Shown piece by piece: positions 1 to 9,319 of a stretch of 64,000 bases of DNA. The notes under the pieces were generated by a model. That model had not been told where the DNA came from and made no database searches. It worked only from the letters and a program-made list of their open reading frames with translations. Positions within the stretch are counted from its first letter, which is position 1. Each line of letters opens with the position of its first letter. Both the position numbers and the translations under genes were made by a program. Source of the DNA: Pseudomonadota bacterium (GTDB taxonomy: Archaea; Thermoplasmatota; SW-10-69-26; JACQPN01; JAJPHT01); the NCBI GenBank assembly GCA_021325135.1, contig JAJPHT010000029.1, forward strand, positions 96,001 to 160,000, in the 5' to 3' direction.

Positions 1-113
1 GTGAGCAGCGTGACCTCGTTGCTGGCGGCGGGCGTCGTGGAGGCGGTCCGCGGCGCGGAGGTGGAGCAGCCCGCCAGGAGCAGGGCCACCAGAAGAAGGG
101 GGAGGATGCGCAT
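1..113 (-). CDS. Lipoprotein, 5' part only (runs off the window)
   Basis: Translates as MRILPLLLVALLLAGCSTSAP..., a signal peptide with an LAGC lipobox. Confidence 0.7.
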   Translation of the reverse strand, partial: MRILPLLLVALLLAGCSTSAPRTASTTPAASNEVTLL

Positions 114-169
114 GGGTATTCCTTGGTTGTAGTCGCGGAGCCTACAGGCGGAGAAAAGGGTTTCGCCGC

Positions 170-2209
170 TCAGCCCCCGTGCCGCGCCCCCCGCAGCCGC
201 TCCGCCAGCTCGTCGGGCGTCCGCGCCGGGGGGAGGCACCGCGTCCCGAGGCACACCAGCGCGCCTTCGCCGCGGAACGCGCGCGCCTCCTCGGGCAGGC
301 CCGCATCGTCGGGCCCCGCGAACGTCGCGCCCGGCTTCGCCTCGCGCCGCGCGACGGCCCGCAGCGGCGCCGGATCGCCGCGCGCCACCACGATGCGGGG
401 CGGCGGATGCGTCGCGGCATCCAGGGCCAGCAGCAGCGCGCCTCCGAAGAGGGAGAGCCGCGCCGCGTCCTGCGCGAGCGAGGCGAGGTCGCGCGTCGCG
501 GCCTCGCGATATCGTTCTTCCCCGGTGACGTCCGCGAGGCGCAGCAGCGCGCGCAGCGCCACGCCGTTCGCGCTGGCCGTGGGCGCGTCCTGGAGGGGCC
601 GCTCGGGAAGGCCCAGCGCGCCCACGGCCTCCGGCGCCAGGCCCGCGGCCCGGTCCGCGAAGCCCCCCTGCGGGTGCCGGAACCGCGCGAGCAGCAGGTC
701 CGCCACCTCGCGCGCCGCGGAACGATATCGAGGCTCGCCCGTCGCGAAGTGCGCCTCCAGCAGCGCGTCCAGCATCTGCGCGTTGTCGTCCACGAACCCC
801 CACTGGCGCGCCTCCAGGGTCCGCGCGAAGCCGCGCCGGGGATCGTAGGCCTTTTCCAGGAAAGCGTCCAGGGTGAGCAGGGCGAAGCGCTGCGCCTTGG
901 CATCGCCCGAGACGCCTGCGTACTCCAGCACGGCGCCCACGGCCATGCCGTTCCAGCTTGCATAGCAGAGGGAATCCACGAAGGGCGCCTTGCGCCTCTC
1001 GCGCGCCGCCCGCATGAGGGCCCTGCCGCGGGCGAGGTCCGCATGCACCTTGTCCAGCGGGAGCCCGAACGCGGCGGCGAGGGCCTCCTCGCCCGCGCCC
1101 ACGCGTAGCACGTTGCGCCGCGGGTCGTGGTGCATGTCGCCCCGCTCCTGCACGCGATATCGGGCCGCCATGAGCTTCGCCAGCGCGGGGTCGCCCACCG
1201 CCTCGCGAAGCTCCTCCAGCGTCCAGGTGAAGAAGTCCCCATCATCCTCCAGGCTGACGTCGGCGTCCTGGCTCCCCCCGAAGCCGCCCCCCTCCTGCGC
1301 CAGCACATCGCGCAGGAAGAAGAGGATCTCCTGCGCGGTCTCCAGGAAGGAGGGGTCGTAGACCGCGGCGCGCGCGTAGTTGCGCAGCAGGCCCGCGTTG
1401 TCGTAGAGCATCTTCTCGAAGTGCGGCACGATCCACTCGGCGTCCACGCTGTAACGGTGGAACCCGCCGCCCAGCTGGTCGTAGACGCCCCCCGCGCGCA
1501 TGGCGCGCAGCGTGGAGAGCGCGACGTCCCGCGCCGCGGCGTCGCCCTGCAACGCGCGCTCCAGCAGGAAGTCGTGCGCGGCAGGGTGCGGGAACTTGGG
1601 CGCGCCCCCGAAGCCACCGTGCGCGGGGTCGAACTCGTCGCGCATGTGGCCCGCCGCGTGGGCGAGGAGCGTCTCCCAGGCATCCTCGGGCATCGCCTCG
1701 CGCGCGGCCGACCCGCGGCGCAGCCACTCCGAGACGGCCTCCGCGTTCTGGAGGGCCTCGTCGCGGCGGTCGCGGTACGACGCGGCGACGCCTTCGAGGA
1801 CCCGGCGGAACGCGGGCCGCCCGTGCGCGTCGCGCGGCGGGAAGTACGTGCCCCCGTAGAAGACGCGCCCGTCGGGCAGCAGGAACGCCGTGAGCGGCCA
1901 GCCCCCCTGCCCCGTCATGGCCTGCACGGCCTTCTGATAGCGCGCGTCCACGTCGGGGCGCTCGTCGCGGTCCACCTTCACCGGCACGAACAGCCGGTTG
2001 GCAACCTCGGCCAATGCGGGGTCCTCGTAGCTCTCGCGGTCCATGACGTGGCACCAGTGGCACCACACCGCGCCGACGTCGAGCAGGATGGGCTTGTCCT
2101 CGGCCCGGGCGCGCTCGAACGCCTCGGGGCCCCAGGGCATCCAGTGGACGGGCTGGTGCGCGGCGCTGCGGAGGTAGCTGCTGGCCTGGTCGGCGAGGCG
2201 GTTCGCCAT
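170..2209 (-). CDS. Thioredoxin-domain protein, YyaL/SSP411 (DUF255) family
   Basis: MANRLADQASSYLRSAAHQPVHW, WCHWCHVM, GGWPLT, PHFEKMLYDNA motifs; start reassigned to ATG at 2209. Confidence 0.92.
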   Translation of the reverse strand: MANRLADQASSYLRSAAHQPVHWMPWGPEAFERARAEDKPILLDVGAVWCHWCHVMDRESYEDPALAEVANRLFVPVKVDRDERPDVDARYQKAVQAMTGQGGWPLTAFLLPDGRVFYGGTYFPPRDAHGRPAFRRVLEGVAASYRDRRDEALQNAEAVSEWLRRGSAAREAMPEDAWETLLAHAAGHMRDEFDPAHGGFGGAPKFPHPAAHDFLLERALQGDAAARDVALSTLRAMRAGGVYDQLGGGFHRYSVDAEWIVPHFEKMLYDNAGLLRNYARAAVYDPSFLETAQEILFFLRDVLAQEGGGFGGSQDADVSLEDDGDFFTWTLEELREAVGDPALAKLMAARYRVQERGDMHHDPRRNVLRVGAGEEALAAAFGLPLDKVHADLARGRALMRAARERRKAPFVDSLCYASWNGMAVGAVLEYAGVSGDAKAQRFALLTLDAFLEKAYDPRRGFARTLEARQWGFVDDNAQMLDALLEAHFATGEPRYRSAAREVADLLLARFRHPQGGFADRAAGLAPEAVGALGLPERPLQDAPTASANGVALRALLRLADVTGEERYREAATRDLASLAQDAARLSLFGGALLLALDAATHPPPRIVVARGDPAPLRAVARREAKPGATFAGPDDAGLPEEARAFRGEGALVCLGTRCLPPARTPDELAERLRGARHGG

Positions 2210-2217
2210 GGGGTGCG

Positions 2218-3204
2218 CTAGACGCCGCCCGCGCTTGGAGCTTGCCCCGCCTGCAGGGCGTCGGGGCCCTCCGGCGGGCGGGGCGTGAGGGAGGGGCGTG
2301 GGAGGGCGAAGGAGAAGGTCGCGCCGCGCCCCGGGCCCTCGCTCTCGCACCAGAGCCGCCCCTGGTGCTGCTCGAGGATGCCGCGGGAGATGAACAGGCC
2401 GAGGCCCGTCCCCCCGGTGGCGTGGCGCAGGGGGTCGTGGACCTGGGAGAAGGGGACGAAGAGGCGCTGGCGCTGCTCCTCGGTGAGCCCGGCGCCGGTG
2501 TCCGCGACGCTCACCAGCGCCTCGGTGGAGCGCCGGCGCAGCGAGACGCGCACGCGCCCGCCGCGCGGCGTGAACTTGAGGGCGTTGGAGAGGAGGTTGA
2601 CGAGCACCTGCGTGATGCGGTGCGCGTCGAGGACCATGGGCTCCTCGCCCTCGACGTCCAGCGCCAGCGCGACGCCCGCCGCCTCGGCCTGGGGACGCAC
2701 GGTCTCCGCCGCGTCGCGCACGAGGCGCGCGAGATCCACGTTGCGCGGCGTGATGCGCATGTGCTCGGTCTGGATGCGCGCCGCGTCGAGCACGTCCGAG
2801 ACGAGGAGGCTCAGGCGCTCCAAGTTGCGCGTCAGCACGTCCACCGAGGCGCGCTGCCGCTCGTTGAGCTCGCCCATGTGGCCCCCGCCGAGCAGGTGGA
2901 GCTGGATGCGGATGGGCGTGAGCGGCGTGTTCAGCTCGTGGGCCGCGGCGTTGATGAAGCGCGTCTTCATGTCGGAAAGCTCGCGCAGGCGCGCGTTGGC
3001 GGCCTCCAGCTCGGCGCGCCGGCGCTCCCCCTCGGCGTGGGCCGCCTCGATGTCGTCGAGCATGAAGCGCACCGCCATGGCGAAGCGGCCGATCTCGTCG
3101 TCCACCTCGATGATCTCGGGCTTCTCGCTGAAGTCGCCCGCCGCCACCTTGGCCAGGATCCGCACGAGGTCGGCGACGCGAGCCTCGGCGTCGGGCTCAG
3201 CCAT
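2218..3204 (-). CDS. Cytoplasmic sensor histidine kinase (HAMP-like, HisKA, HATPase)
   Basis: H-box AAHELNTPLT, N-box NLLSNALKF, G1 DTGAG, G2 GGTGLGL. Confidence 0.93.
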   Translation of the reverse strand: MAEPDAEARVADLVRILAKVAAGDFSEKPEIIEVDDEIGRFAMAVRFMLDDIEAAHAEGERRRAELEAANARLRELSDMKTRFINAAAHELNTPLTPIRIQLHLLGGGHMGELNERQRASVDVLTRNLERLSLLVSDVLDAARIQTEHMRITPRNVDLARLVRDAAETVRPQAEAAGVALALDVEGEEPMVLDAHRITQVLVNLLSNALKFTPRGGRVRVSLRRRSTEALVSVADTGAGLTEEQRQRLFVPFSQVHDPLRHATGGTGLGLFISRGILEQHQGRLWCESEGPGRGATFSFALPRPSLTPRPPEGPDALQAGQAPSAGGV

Positions 3205-3568
3205 GCGGCTCCTCGCGCAGCCACGCGCGCGCCGTCGGCTCCTCGTGGAAGAAGCGCGCGTTGGCGTGCCCCGTGGCGGCCAGCAGGAACGAGACGAGGA
3301 ACTCCTGGAGCCGGCTGCTGCCCACGACGGCGATGCGGCGCCCGTCGAGCTCGTGGTGCCGCTTGTAGACGACGGCGCGGAAGCCCTGCTTGAGCGCGAC
3401 GCTGCCGCGCACGTCGATGAGCAGCCGCTGGTGGGGGCGCTTGGCGATCTCGTCGAAGAACCACGCGGTGTCGTGCGCCACGTCCGAGCCGTCGTGCGCG
3501 ACGTAGAGCAGGAGGTCGCCCTCGTCGCGGAACGGGCCGGGCGCGAGGGCGAGGGCCGGCGCGCTCAT
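3197..3568 (-). CDS. SpoIIAA-like/STAS-SEC14-like small protein
   Basis: 123 aa from MSAPALAL; RLLIDVR, RIAVVG and RFFHEEPTARAWL patterns; overlaps both neighbours. Confidence 0.65.
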   Translation of the reverse strand: MSAPALALAPGPFRDEGDLLLYVAHDGSDVAHDTAWFFDEIAKRPHQRLLIDVRGSVALKQGFRAVVYKRHHELDGRRIAVVGSSRLQEFLVSFLLAATGHANARFFHEEPTARAWLREEPHG

Positions 3569-4152
3569 GGGTCCGTCCAGCGCATGACGTAGGTGTACCG
3601 CGCCGGCCCGCTCTGGCGCCCCTCGACGAGGCCGCGGTAGCCGAAGTCGTCCATCCATTCCTGGAAGAGCCCGCGGAAGTGGTCCAGCGGGTAGTCGTTG
3701 TTCTCCATGACGACCTCGATCTCGCGCGGACCCGTCTCGCGCGCCTCGAAGCCCACGCCCTTGAACACGCGCTCGGCGATGGAGGGCGTGTGGAGGATGA
3801 GGTAGCGATAGTTGCGCGGGAAGATGGCGAACATCATCCGCGCGATGGGCGTGCCCTTGAAGTTGCGGAAATGCAGCCGGCCCCCCTCGAACGCGCGCGC
3901 CTCGGGCGGGACGGGCGCCTCGCTGAGGATGTCGTTGGCCGCCTCGATGAGCCGCACCTCGTCGCGGATGGGCACGTCGTCGAAGTCGCCGTAGTCCAGC
4001 GGCCCGCCCATGGCGGCCTCCAGCCGCGCGAGCCCCTCGGGTCCGCAGCGGCGCCGGACGGCGTGGATGTGGCTGTTGACGAAGATGCCCTTGATCGTGG
4101 GTGGCGGACCCGGCCGCAGGTGGGCCTGCATCGCGGACTGGGCGGCTGCCAT
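3565..4152 (-). CDS. DUF2378 (TIGR02265-like) protein
   Basis: TIKGIF start, GRLHFRNF..T, HFRGLF, C-terminal YVMRW. Confidence 0.65.
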   Translation of the reverse strand: MAAAQSAMQAHLRPGPPPTIKGIFVNSHIHAVRRRCGPEGLARLEAAMGGPLDYGDFDDVPIRDEVRLIEAANDILSEAPVPPEARAFEGGRLHFRNFKGTPIARMMFAIFPRNYRYLILHTPSIAERVFKGVGFEARETGPREIEVVMENNDYPLDHFRGLFQEWMDDFGYRGLVEGRQSGPARYTYVMRWTDP

Positions 4153-4253
4153 GCCGGAGGGTCCGTCGCGCAAGGGCCTTGATCCGGACGCGCAGGTCCC
4201 TCTCCGGCCCACCGCAACGGGGATGAAGGGGGCGGGTCCCGGCGCGCGCCGGC

Positions 4254-4691
4254 CTACGCCACGGCCAGCGTGGCCACGCCGTGCCACTCGAAGGGGATGG
4301 CGCAGGTCCGGCACTGCCAGGTGAACGTGTAGCTGCGGACGGCGTCCATGGACGAGGGGTCCGTGAGGCAGAGGAGGCTGTTGCCGTCATAGGTGTTGAC
4401 CAGGCAGCCGCCCACGTCAGGGTCCCACGGGCCCGCCCAGCCGTTCGGGGCCCCAACCTTGGTGCAGGTCGAGCTGGAGCTGACCGACGTGAACTGGAAG
4501 CTCCAGTCCGTGCGCCCACGGAGGGCGGAGCTGACCCGCTCACCGGAGACGGCCAGGACCCCGGAGGGGCACGACGGCTCGAAGGAATCCTGCGCGGTCG
4601 CATACCCGATGGCCACGGTCTGGGACGCCGCCTGGGCGGGCGAGACGAGCAGGAGGGCAAGAAGAGGGATCAACACGGGGGCGCACCGCAT
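4254..4691 (-). CDS. Secreted Cys-containing hypothetical protein
   Basis: Signal peptide ending AQA; several Cys in the mature part. Confidence 0.65.
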   Translation of the reverse strand: MRCAPVLIPLLALLLVSPAQAASQTVAIGYATAQDSFEPSCPSGVLAVSGERVSSALRGRTDWSFQFTSVSSSSTCTKVGAPNGWAGPWDPDVGGCLVNTYDGNSLLCLTDPSSMDAVRSYTFTWQCRTCAIPFEWHGVATLAVA

Positions 4692-4812
4692 AACAGTCTC
4701 CGGACGAGAAGCCGGGCGGCGGACGATAAGCTAGCGTCAACCCTCGGAGTGACACAAGGAGCGAGGTCCTCACGAAGGATAGCCTCAAGCCGCCCGCCCC
4801 GATGGCCGGACG

Positions 4813-5595
4813 ATGCCCGAGATCGAGACGCGCCGCGAGGGCGCGGTCGCGGTGGTGACGCTCAACCGCCCCGAGGTCTACAACGCGTTCAGCCTCGCCA
4901 TGATCCGCGAGCTGGGCGCCGCGCTGCGCGCGCTCACGCACGACTCCGCCGTGGGCGCCATCGTCCTCACCGGCGCGGGGAAGGCGTTCTGCGCCGGGGG
5001 CGACGTGGCGGAGATGGACGCCAACGTCCACCGCGCGCACGATCACTTCCTCGACCTCACCGCGGACCATCACGCCGTGGTGCGCCTCCTGGTGGAGGGG
5101 CCGAAGCCCGTCGTCTGCGCGCTCAACGGCGTCGCGGCGGGCGGGGGCTTCGGCCTCGCGCTCTGCGGCGACCTGCGCATCGCCTCGGAGCAGGCGCGCT
5201 TCAAGCCCGCCTACTTCCGGCTGGGCGTCGCGCCCGACGGCGGGAGCACCTGGCTGCTGCCGCGCCTCGTGGGCTTCACGCGCGCCCAGGAGCTTCTTTT
5301 CCACGACCGGGTCGTCTCCGCGCAGGAAGCGCTGGCGCTGGGGCTCGTCCACGAGGTCGTCCCCGCGGAGCGGCTGATGCCTCGCGCCCTGGAGGAGGCC
5401 CAGGCGCTCGCGCGCGGGCCCCCCTTCGCGCTGGCGGCCGCGAAGCGCCTGCTGGCCGCGACGACGAGCCACGACCTCGCCGCGCAGCTCGCGCTGGAGC
5501 GGAGATTGAACAGCGAGAGCGGCGCGACCGCGGACTTCGCCGAGGGGGCGCGGGCGTTCCGCGAGAAGAGGGAGCCGGTCTTCCGGAGCCCATAG
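4813..5595 (+). CDS. Enoyl-CoA hydratase/isomerase (PaaG-like)
   Basis: TLNRPEVYNA, AFCAGGD, AAGGGFGLAL, PDGGST, AFREKREPVF. Confidence 0.93.
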   Translation: MPEIETRREGAVAVVTLNRPEVYNAFSLAMIRELGAALRALTHDSAVGAIVLTGAGKAFCAGGDVAEMDANVHRAHDHFLDLTADHHAVVRLLVEGPKPVVCALNGVAAGGGFGLALCGDLRIASEQARFKPAYFRLGVAPDGGSTWLLPRLVGFTRAQELLFHDRVVSAQEALALGLVHEVVPAERLMPRALEEAQALARGPPFALAAAKRLLAATTSHDLAAQLALERRLNSESGATADFAEGARAFREKREPVFRSP

Positions 5596-5752
5596 GGGGG
5601 TTCGGGGGGCGAAGCCCCCCGAAGCAATCGTCGTCCGGCCGCGCCGCAGCGCGGCCAAAAGCGGGGGTTTCAGGGGGCGCAGCCCCCTGACGTCTCGGTC
5701 GTCTGCTGGACTTTCTCTTACGTCAGGGGGGCGAGCCCCCCTGAAACCCCCC
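5595..5752. repeat. Cluster of three REP-like GC hairpins between convergent genes
   Basis: GGGGGGCGAAGCCCCCC, GGGGGCGCAGCCCCC, GGGGGGCGAGCCCCCC. Confidence 0.75.
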
Positions 5753-5790
5753 TTTTGCGCGCGCTGCGGCGCGCGCGACGGTCTTCAGCC

Positions 5791-6324
5791 CTACCCCACG
5801 GGCTGCGCGCACTGCGCGACCCAGCGGTAGCTCGCCAGCGAGCCGCCGGAGGGCGTCACGAGGTCCACGCGGCACGTGAGCGGGAAGTCGCCCACGCCCA
5901 CCGAGGGCGACATGCAGATGACGTTGGAGGGGAAGACGCCCGCCGTGCACGAGACCGAGGGGCTGGCGCCGCCGACGCACGTCGCGGTGGTGGAGATGGA
6001 GAAGCCCAGGTCGTCCACCAGGGCGAACGCCTCGGGGTTGGCGCACGGGATCGCGAGGCCCGCGGGCGTGCAGGTGACGACCAGCTGCGTGCCGGTGGGC
6101 GGGGGCAGGGTCGCGGGGCCGCAGTTGATCCCGGGCGTCGTGGCGACGAAGACGCCGACGCCAGGCACGTTGGTGATGCCGACGCCGCCCGCGCCGGGCA
6201 CGTCGGGGCACTGCACCTGCACGGCGTTGGGGACGGGGCTGCAGTTCTTGAGGCCGGCCGCGTCGGCGCCCAGGGTCGCGACGGAGGCGGCGAGGACGAC
6301 GAGGGCAAGGAGGGTTGCGCGCAT
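5791..6324 (-). CDS. Secreted Cys-rich hypothetical protein
   Basis: Signal peptide MRATLLALVVLAA..ADA; 10 Cys. Confidence 0.7.
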   Translation of the reverse strand: MRATLLALVVLAASVATLGADAAGLKNCSPVPNAVQVQCPDVPGAGGVGITNVPGVGVFVATTPGINCGPATLPPPTGTQLVVTCTPAGLAIPCANPEAFALVDDLGFSISTTATCVGGASPSVSCTAGVFPSNVICMSPSVGVGDFPLTCRVDLVTPSGGSLASYRWVAQCAQPVG

Positions 6325-6395
6325 GGCGCGGGGGCAGCCCGCGCCCGCCTCATGCCCGCTGTGGTCGCATCGTTGGAACGTCGGATTCGAACCCG

Positions 6396-7409
6396 TCAGA
6401 ATCCTGGTAACAGAACGCGCGTGCCGCGGCGGAACGCCGCGACGTGGAACGCGCTGCCGAGGCCCGCGGCTCCGGCCACCGCGCGCACCTCGTCGGGGAG
6501 CCCCAGGTCGGCGATGCCCAACGCGTCCAGGAATTCCTGCTGGGTCGCAAGGCCCAGGGGCTCCATGCCGGCCTCGCGCGCGGCGTGCTCGACGGCGGTG
6601 AAGTCCACGTCCGCCGTCAGGTCGCGCTGGCCCGGCTCCTCCAGCGGCTCCTGGAAGCGGCCCTGCGCCTTGTACGCGGCCAGCGTGCCGTTGAGACGCT
6701 GCGGAGAGTAGAGCGCAGGCGCGGGGTCGCCATAGTCGATGAAGACGAGGAAGCCCGGGTCGGGGAGGCGCGCGGCGGCGCGGACGAACGCCTCCAGCCC
6801 GGGCGCCACGTCCAGGATCTGCCCCCGCTGCGGCCAGACTCCCTCCCGCGCGAGGCGCGCCTCCACCTCCGCGTCGCGCAGGGGCACCAGGCGCTCGCGG
6901 AAGCGGCCCGTGCGCGCGTCCACGTCCACGGCCACCTCCAGGAGCCCGCCGTCGGGGGCGCCCGCCACGCGGCGCACCGGGAGCGCGTCGAGCACTTCGT
7001 TGCCGAAGACGAGCCCCGGGGCGGGTGATAGCATCTCCGCGCTGGCGACGGGGCGCGCGCCCGCGGCGGCCTGCTTCGCGCGCAGGCCCGGGCTCGCGTC
7101 CACGGTCGCGTAGTCCAGCCCGGGGTGCTCGGCGAGGATGGCGCGCGCCAGCTCGCCCGTGCCGGCGCCAAGCTCCACGACGCGGAAGGGCCCGGGGAGC
7201 GCGTCGCGCGCGGCGGCCACGAGACGCGCCATGGCGCGGCGGAAGGCGGGGAAGCGGACGCTGGTGGAGAAGTCGCCCTGGGGCCCGATGGCGGGGCCGC
7301 GGGCGTAGTACCCCTCATGGGGATCGTAAAGCGCGGCCTCCATGAAGTCGTGGAATGATATCGGCCCCTCCTTCGCGATCTGCGCGCGCAGGCGCTCCTC
7401 CAGCGTCAT
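6396..7409 (-). CDS. SAM-dependent methyltransferase, MidA/NDUFAF7 family (copy 2)
   Basis: GPISFHDFMEAALYDP.EGYY, GDFST, VELGAGTG, NEVLDALP, DLTADVDF. Confidence 0.9.
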   Translation of the reverse strand: MTLEERLRAQIAKEGPISFHDFMEAALYDPHEGYYARGPAIGPQGDFSTSVRFPAFRRAMARLVAAARDALPGPFRVVELGAGTGELARAILAEHPGLDYATVDASPGLRAKQAAAGARPVASAEMLSPAPGLVFGNEVLDALPVRRVAGAPDGGLLEVAVDVDARTGRFRERLVPLRDAEVEARLAREGVWPQRGQILDVAPGLEAFVRAAARLPDPGFLVFIDYGDPAPALYSPQRLNGTLAAYKAQGRFQEPLEEPGQRDLTADVDFTAVEHAAREAGMEPLGLATQQEFLDALGIADLGLPDEVRAVAGAAGLGSAFHVAAFRRGTRVLLPGF

Positions 7410-8440
7410 GCGTGCGGCCTCGGGTGGAAGCCGGGAAGCGGGGGCGCCATGGGCGCGTCGCGGGCCAGCAGCAGGGCGCCGAAGCGGTCGCCCATGCCGC
7501 CGGGCATGAGGAGCCCCTTTCCGGCGAGGTACGCCGCGTGGTCGCCCCGCGCGAGGGCATGCATCAGGTCGTCCACCAGCCCCAGGTCCCCGAGGAATTC
7601 CCCTTGGGGCGCGAAGGCGTGCCCGTGCCAGCCGGCCTCGGCCGCAAGCTGCGCGATCCACGGGAAGTCCACGTCCGCCGTGACGTCCTGCTCGCCGGGC
7701 GCCTCGAAGGGCTCCGTCACCTGGTGCCGGCGGAAGCCGCGCAGCATGCCCCCGGGGCGCCCTTCGCCGTAGAGGCGCTCCGGCGCGCCGCCGTAGTCCA
7801 GGAAGAGCGCGTAGCCTCGGGGCGCCGCGCGGGCCATCTGCGAGAGCAAAGCCGCGGCGTCCAGGTTCACTTCCACCGCGGCGCCCGGAGGGAGGTGCGG
7901 CGCGAGACGCGCGGCGGCATTCACCAGCTCGGGCGTGGAGAGGGGGCCGGGCACCTCCACGAGCGCGCCGTCGACCGCGTCAAGATAGCCCTCGCGGACG
8001 CCCTCAGGAGTGCCCAGGAGGCGGTGGACGGGGAGCGCGTCGAGCACCTCGTTGGCGAGGAAGACGGTGGGCGCGGGGCGAAGCTCCTCCAGCGAGGCGA
8101 CGACGTGGAGCCCCTGGGCGCGCTGGCGCTCGGCCATGCCCGCGTTGGGCTCCACCGCCGTGACGGGCACCTGGAGCGCGGCCGCCAGGGCGCCCGTGCC
8201 GCCGCCCAGCTCCACGAGGCGCGCGCCCTCCAGGCGCTCCATGGCGGCCTTGACGAAGCGCGCCAGCGCGCCGGGGAAGAGGCTCACGTTGCTGGCGGTG
8301 TAGAAGTCGCCCTCCGCGCCGATGGCCGCGCCCTTGGCGTAGTAGCCCTCGCGCGGGTCGTGCAACGCCATCTCCAGGAAGTCGCGCACGCGCAGCGGGC
8401 CCTCGCCCTCGATGCGGCTGATGATCCGGTCGCGCAGCAA
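7406..8440 (-). CDS. SAM-dependent methyltransferase, MidA/NDUFAF7 family (copy 1)
   Basis: GPLRVRDFLEMALHDP.EGYY, GDFYT, VELGGGTG, NEVLDALP, DVTADVDF. Confidence 0.9.
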   Translation of the reverse strand: MLRDRIISRIEGEGPLRVRDFLEMALHDPREGYYAKGAAIGAEGDFYTASNVSLFPGALARFVKAAMERLEGARLVELGGGTGALAAALQVPVTAVEPNAGMAERQRAQGLHVVASLEELRPAPTVFLANEVLDALPVHRLLGTPEGVREGYLDAVDGALVEVPGPLSTPELVNAAARLAPHLPPGAAVEVNLDAAALLSQMARAAPRGYALFLDYGGAPERLYGEGRPGGMLRGFRRHQVTEPFEAPGEQDVTADVDFPWIAQLAAEAGWHGHAFAPQGEFLGDLGLVDDLMHALARGDHAAYLAGKGLLMPGGMGDRFGALLLARDAPMAPPLPGFHPRPHA

Positions 8441-8461
8441 CGCCCGGGCCAGCGCGCGCCA

Positions 8462-9241
8462 TCACTTGGAGGTTTTGCGGCGCTTGGCGGCCTTCTTGGG
8501 CTTCGCCGCGCCCAGCCCCGGCGTCGGCTTGTCGAGGACGCCCAGCTTGAGCATCTTGGCCTCGGCCTGCTGGGCCCACCCCTTGTTCGCCAGCGGGTTC
8601 GCGGGGCTGGGGTGGAGCACGCTGCCCACCCGGGCGTCGATCCCCTGGGCCTCGACGACCTCGCGGATGCGCCCCTCGGCGAAGGCCCCGATTCCCAGGA
8701 CCCACTCGGGGCGGAGGGCCCGCGCGACGGCGGCGAGGTGCTCGTCGCAAGCGGCGTAGAGGTGCTCCGTGTCGCCCTTCTTGAGGTCGGGCGGCGTGAG
8801 GTTCTTGCCCGCGGCGTCGTAGAAGAGAAGCGGGCAGTAGTTGACGACGTAGAACTCGGCGAAGAACGCCTCCGCGGTCCCGTAGCGCGCCTGCGCCCAC
8901 CCGTAGAGGCGGCTGCCGCTGGGCTCGCGGCGCTTCGTCGCGAAGCCGGTGATGGGGCGCTTGGGGTGGAGCCTCGGGGGCTCGCCCACCTTCCCGTCGA
9001 TGCCCATCCAGTCGCGCACCATGACGACGTCGCCGAAGGGCACGCCCGTCTGCCCCATGCCGTTGGGGCCCGGGTTCATGCCCACGAGGAGCGCGCGCCG
9101 CGGCGCGCGCGCCCCGAAGCGCTTGACGTACTCGGCGTGCGGCTCCCACGCGTACTGCAAGGGGTCGTAGACGTAGGGCACGCCGAAGCGCATCGCCTCG
9201 ACCTCGTCGCGCAGGCGCTGGGCCGCCTGGAGGACCGGCAT
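8462..9241 (-). CDS. SMUG1-type (family 3) uracil-DNA glycosylase
   Basis: YVYDPLQYAWEPH, GMNPGPNGMGQTGVPFG, EPSGSRL, NYCPL, HPSPANP. Confidence 0.88.
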   Translation of the reverse strand: MPVLQAAQRLRDEVEAMRFGVPYVYDPLQYAWEPHAEYVKRFGARAPRRALLVGMNPGPNGMGQTGVPFGDVVMVRDWMGIDGKVGEPPRLHPKRPITGFATKRREPSGSRLYGWAQARYGTAEAFFAEFYVVNYCPLLFYDAAGKNLTPPDLKKGDTEHLYAACDEHLAAVARALRPEWVLGIGAFAEGRIREVVEAQGIDARVGSVLHPSPANPLANKGWAQQAEAKMLKLGVLDKPTPGLGAAKPKKAAKRRKTSK

Positions 9242-9319
9242 GGGACGCCGCACGCCGGGCGCCCGCAAAAGAATGACGGCTCCGACAAGGCCAAGGCGCG
9301 CTCCGGGATTCGGCCCCCC

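Noticed and set aside
6383-6395. GGATTCGAACCCG, matching the tRNA T-loop and att core
   Set aside because: Only 13 bp, with no cloverleaf and no island context; probably chance.
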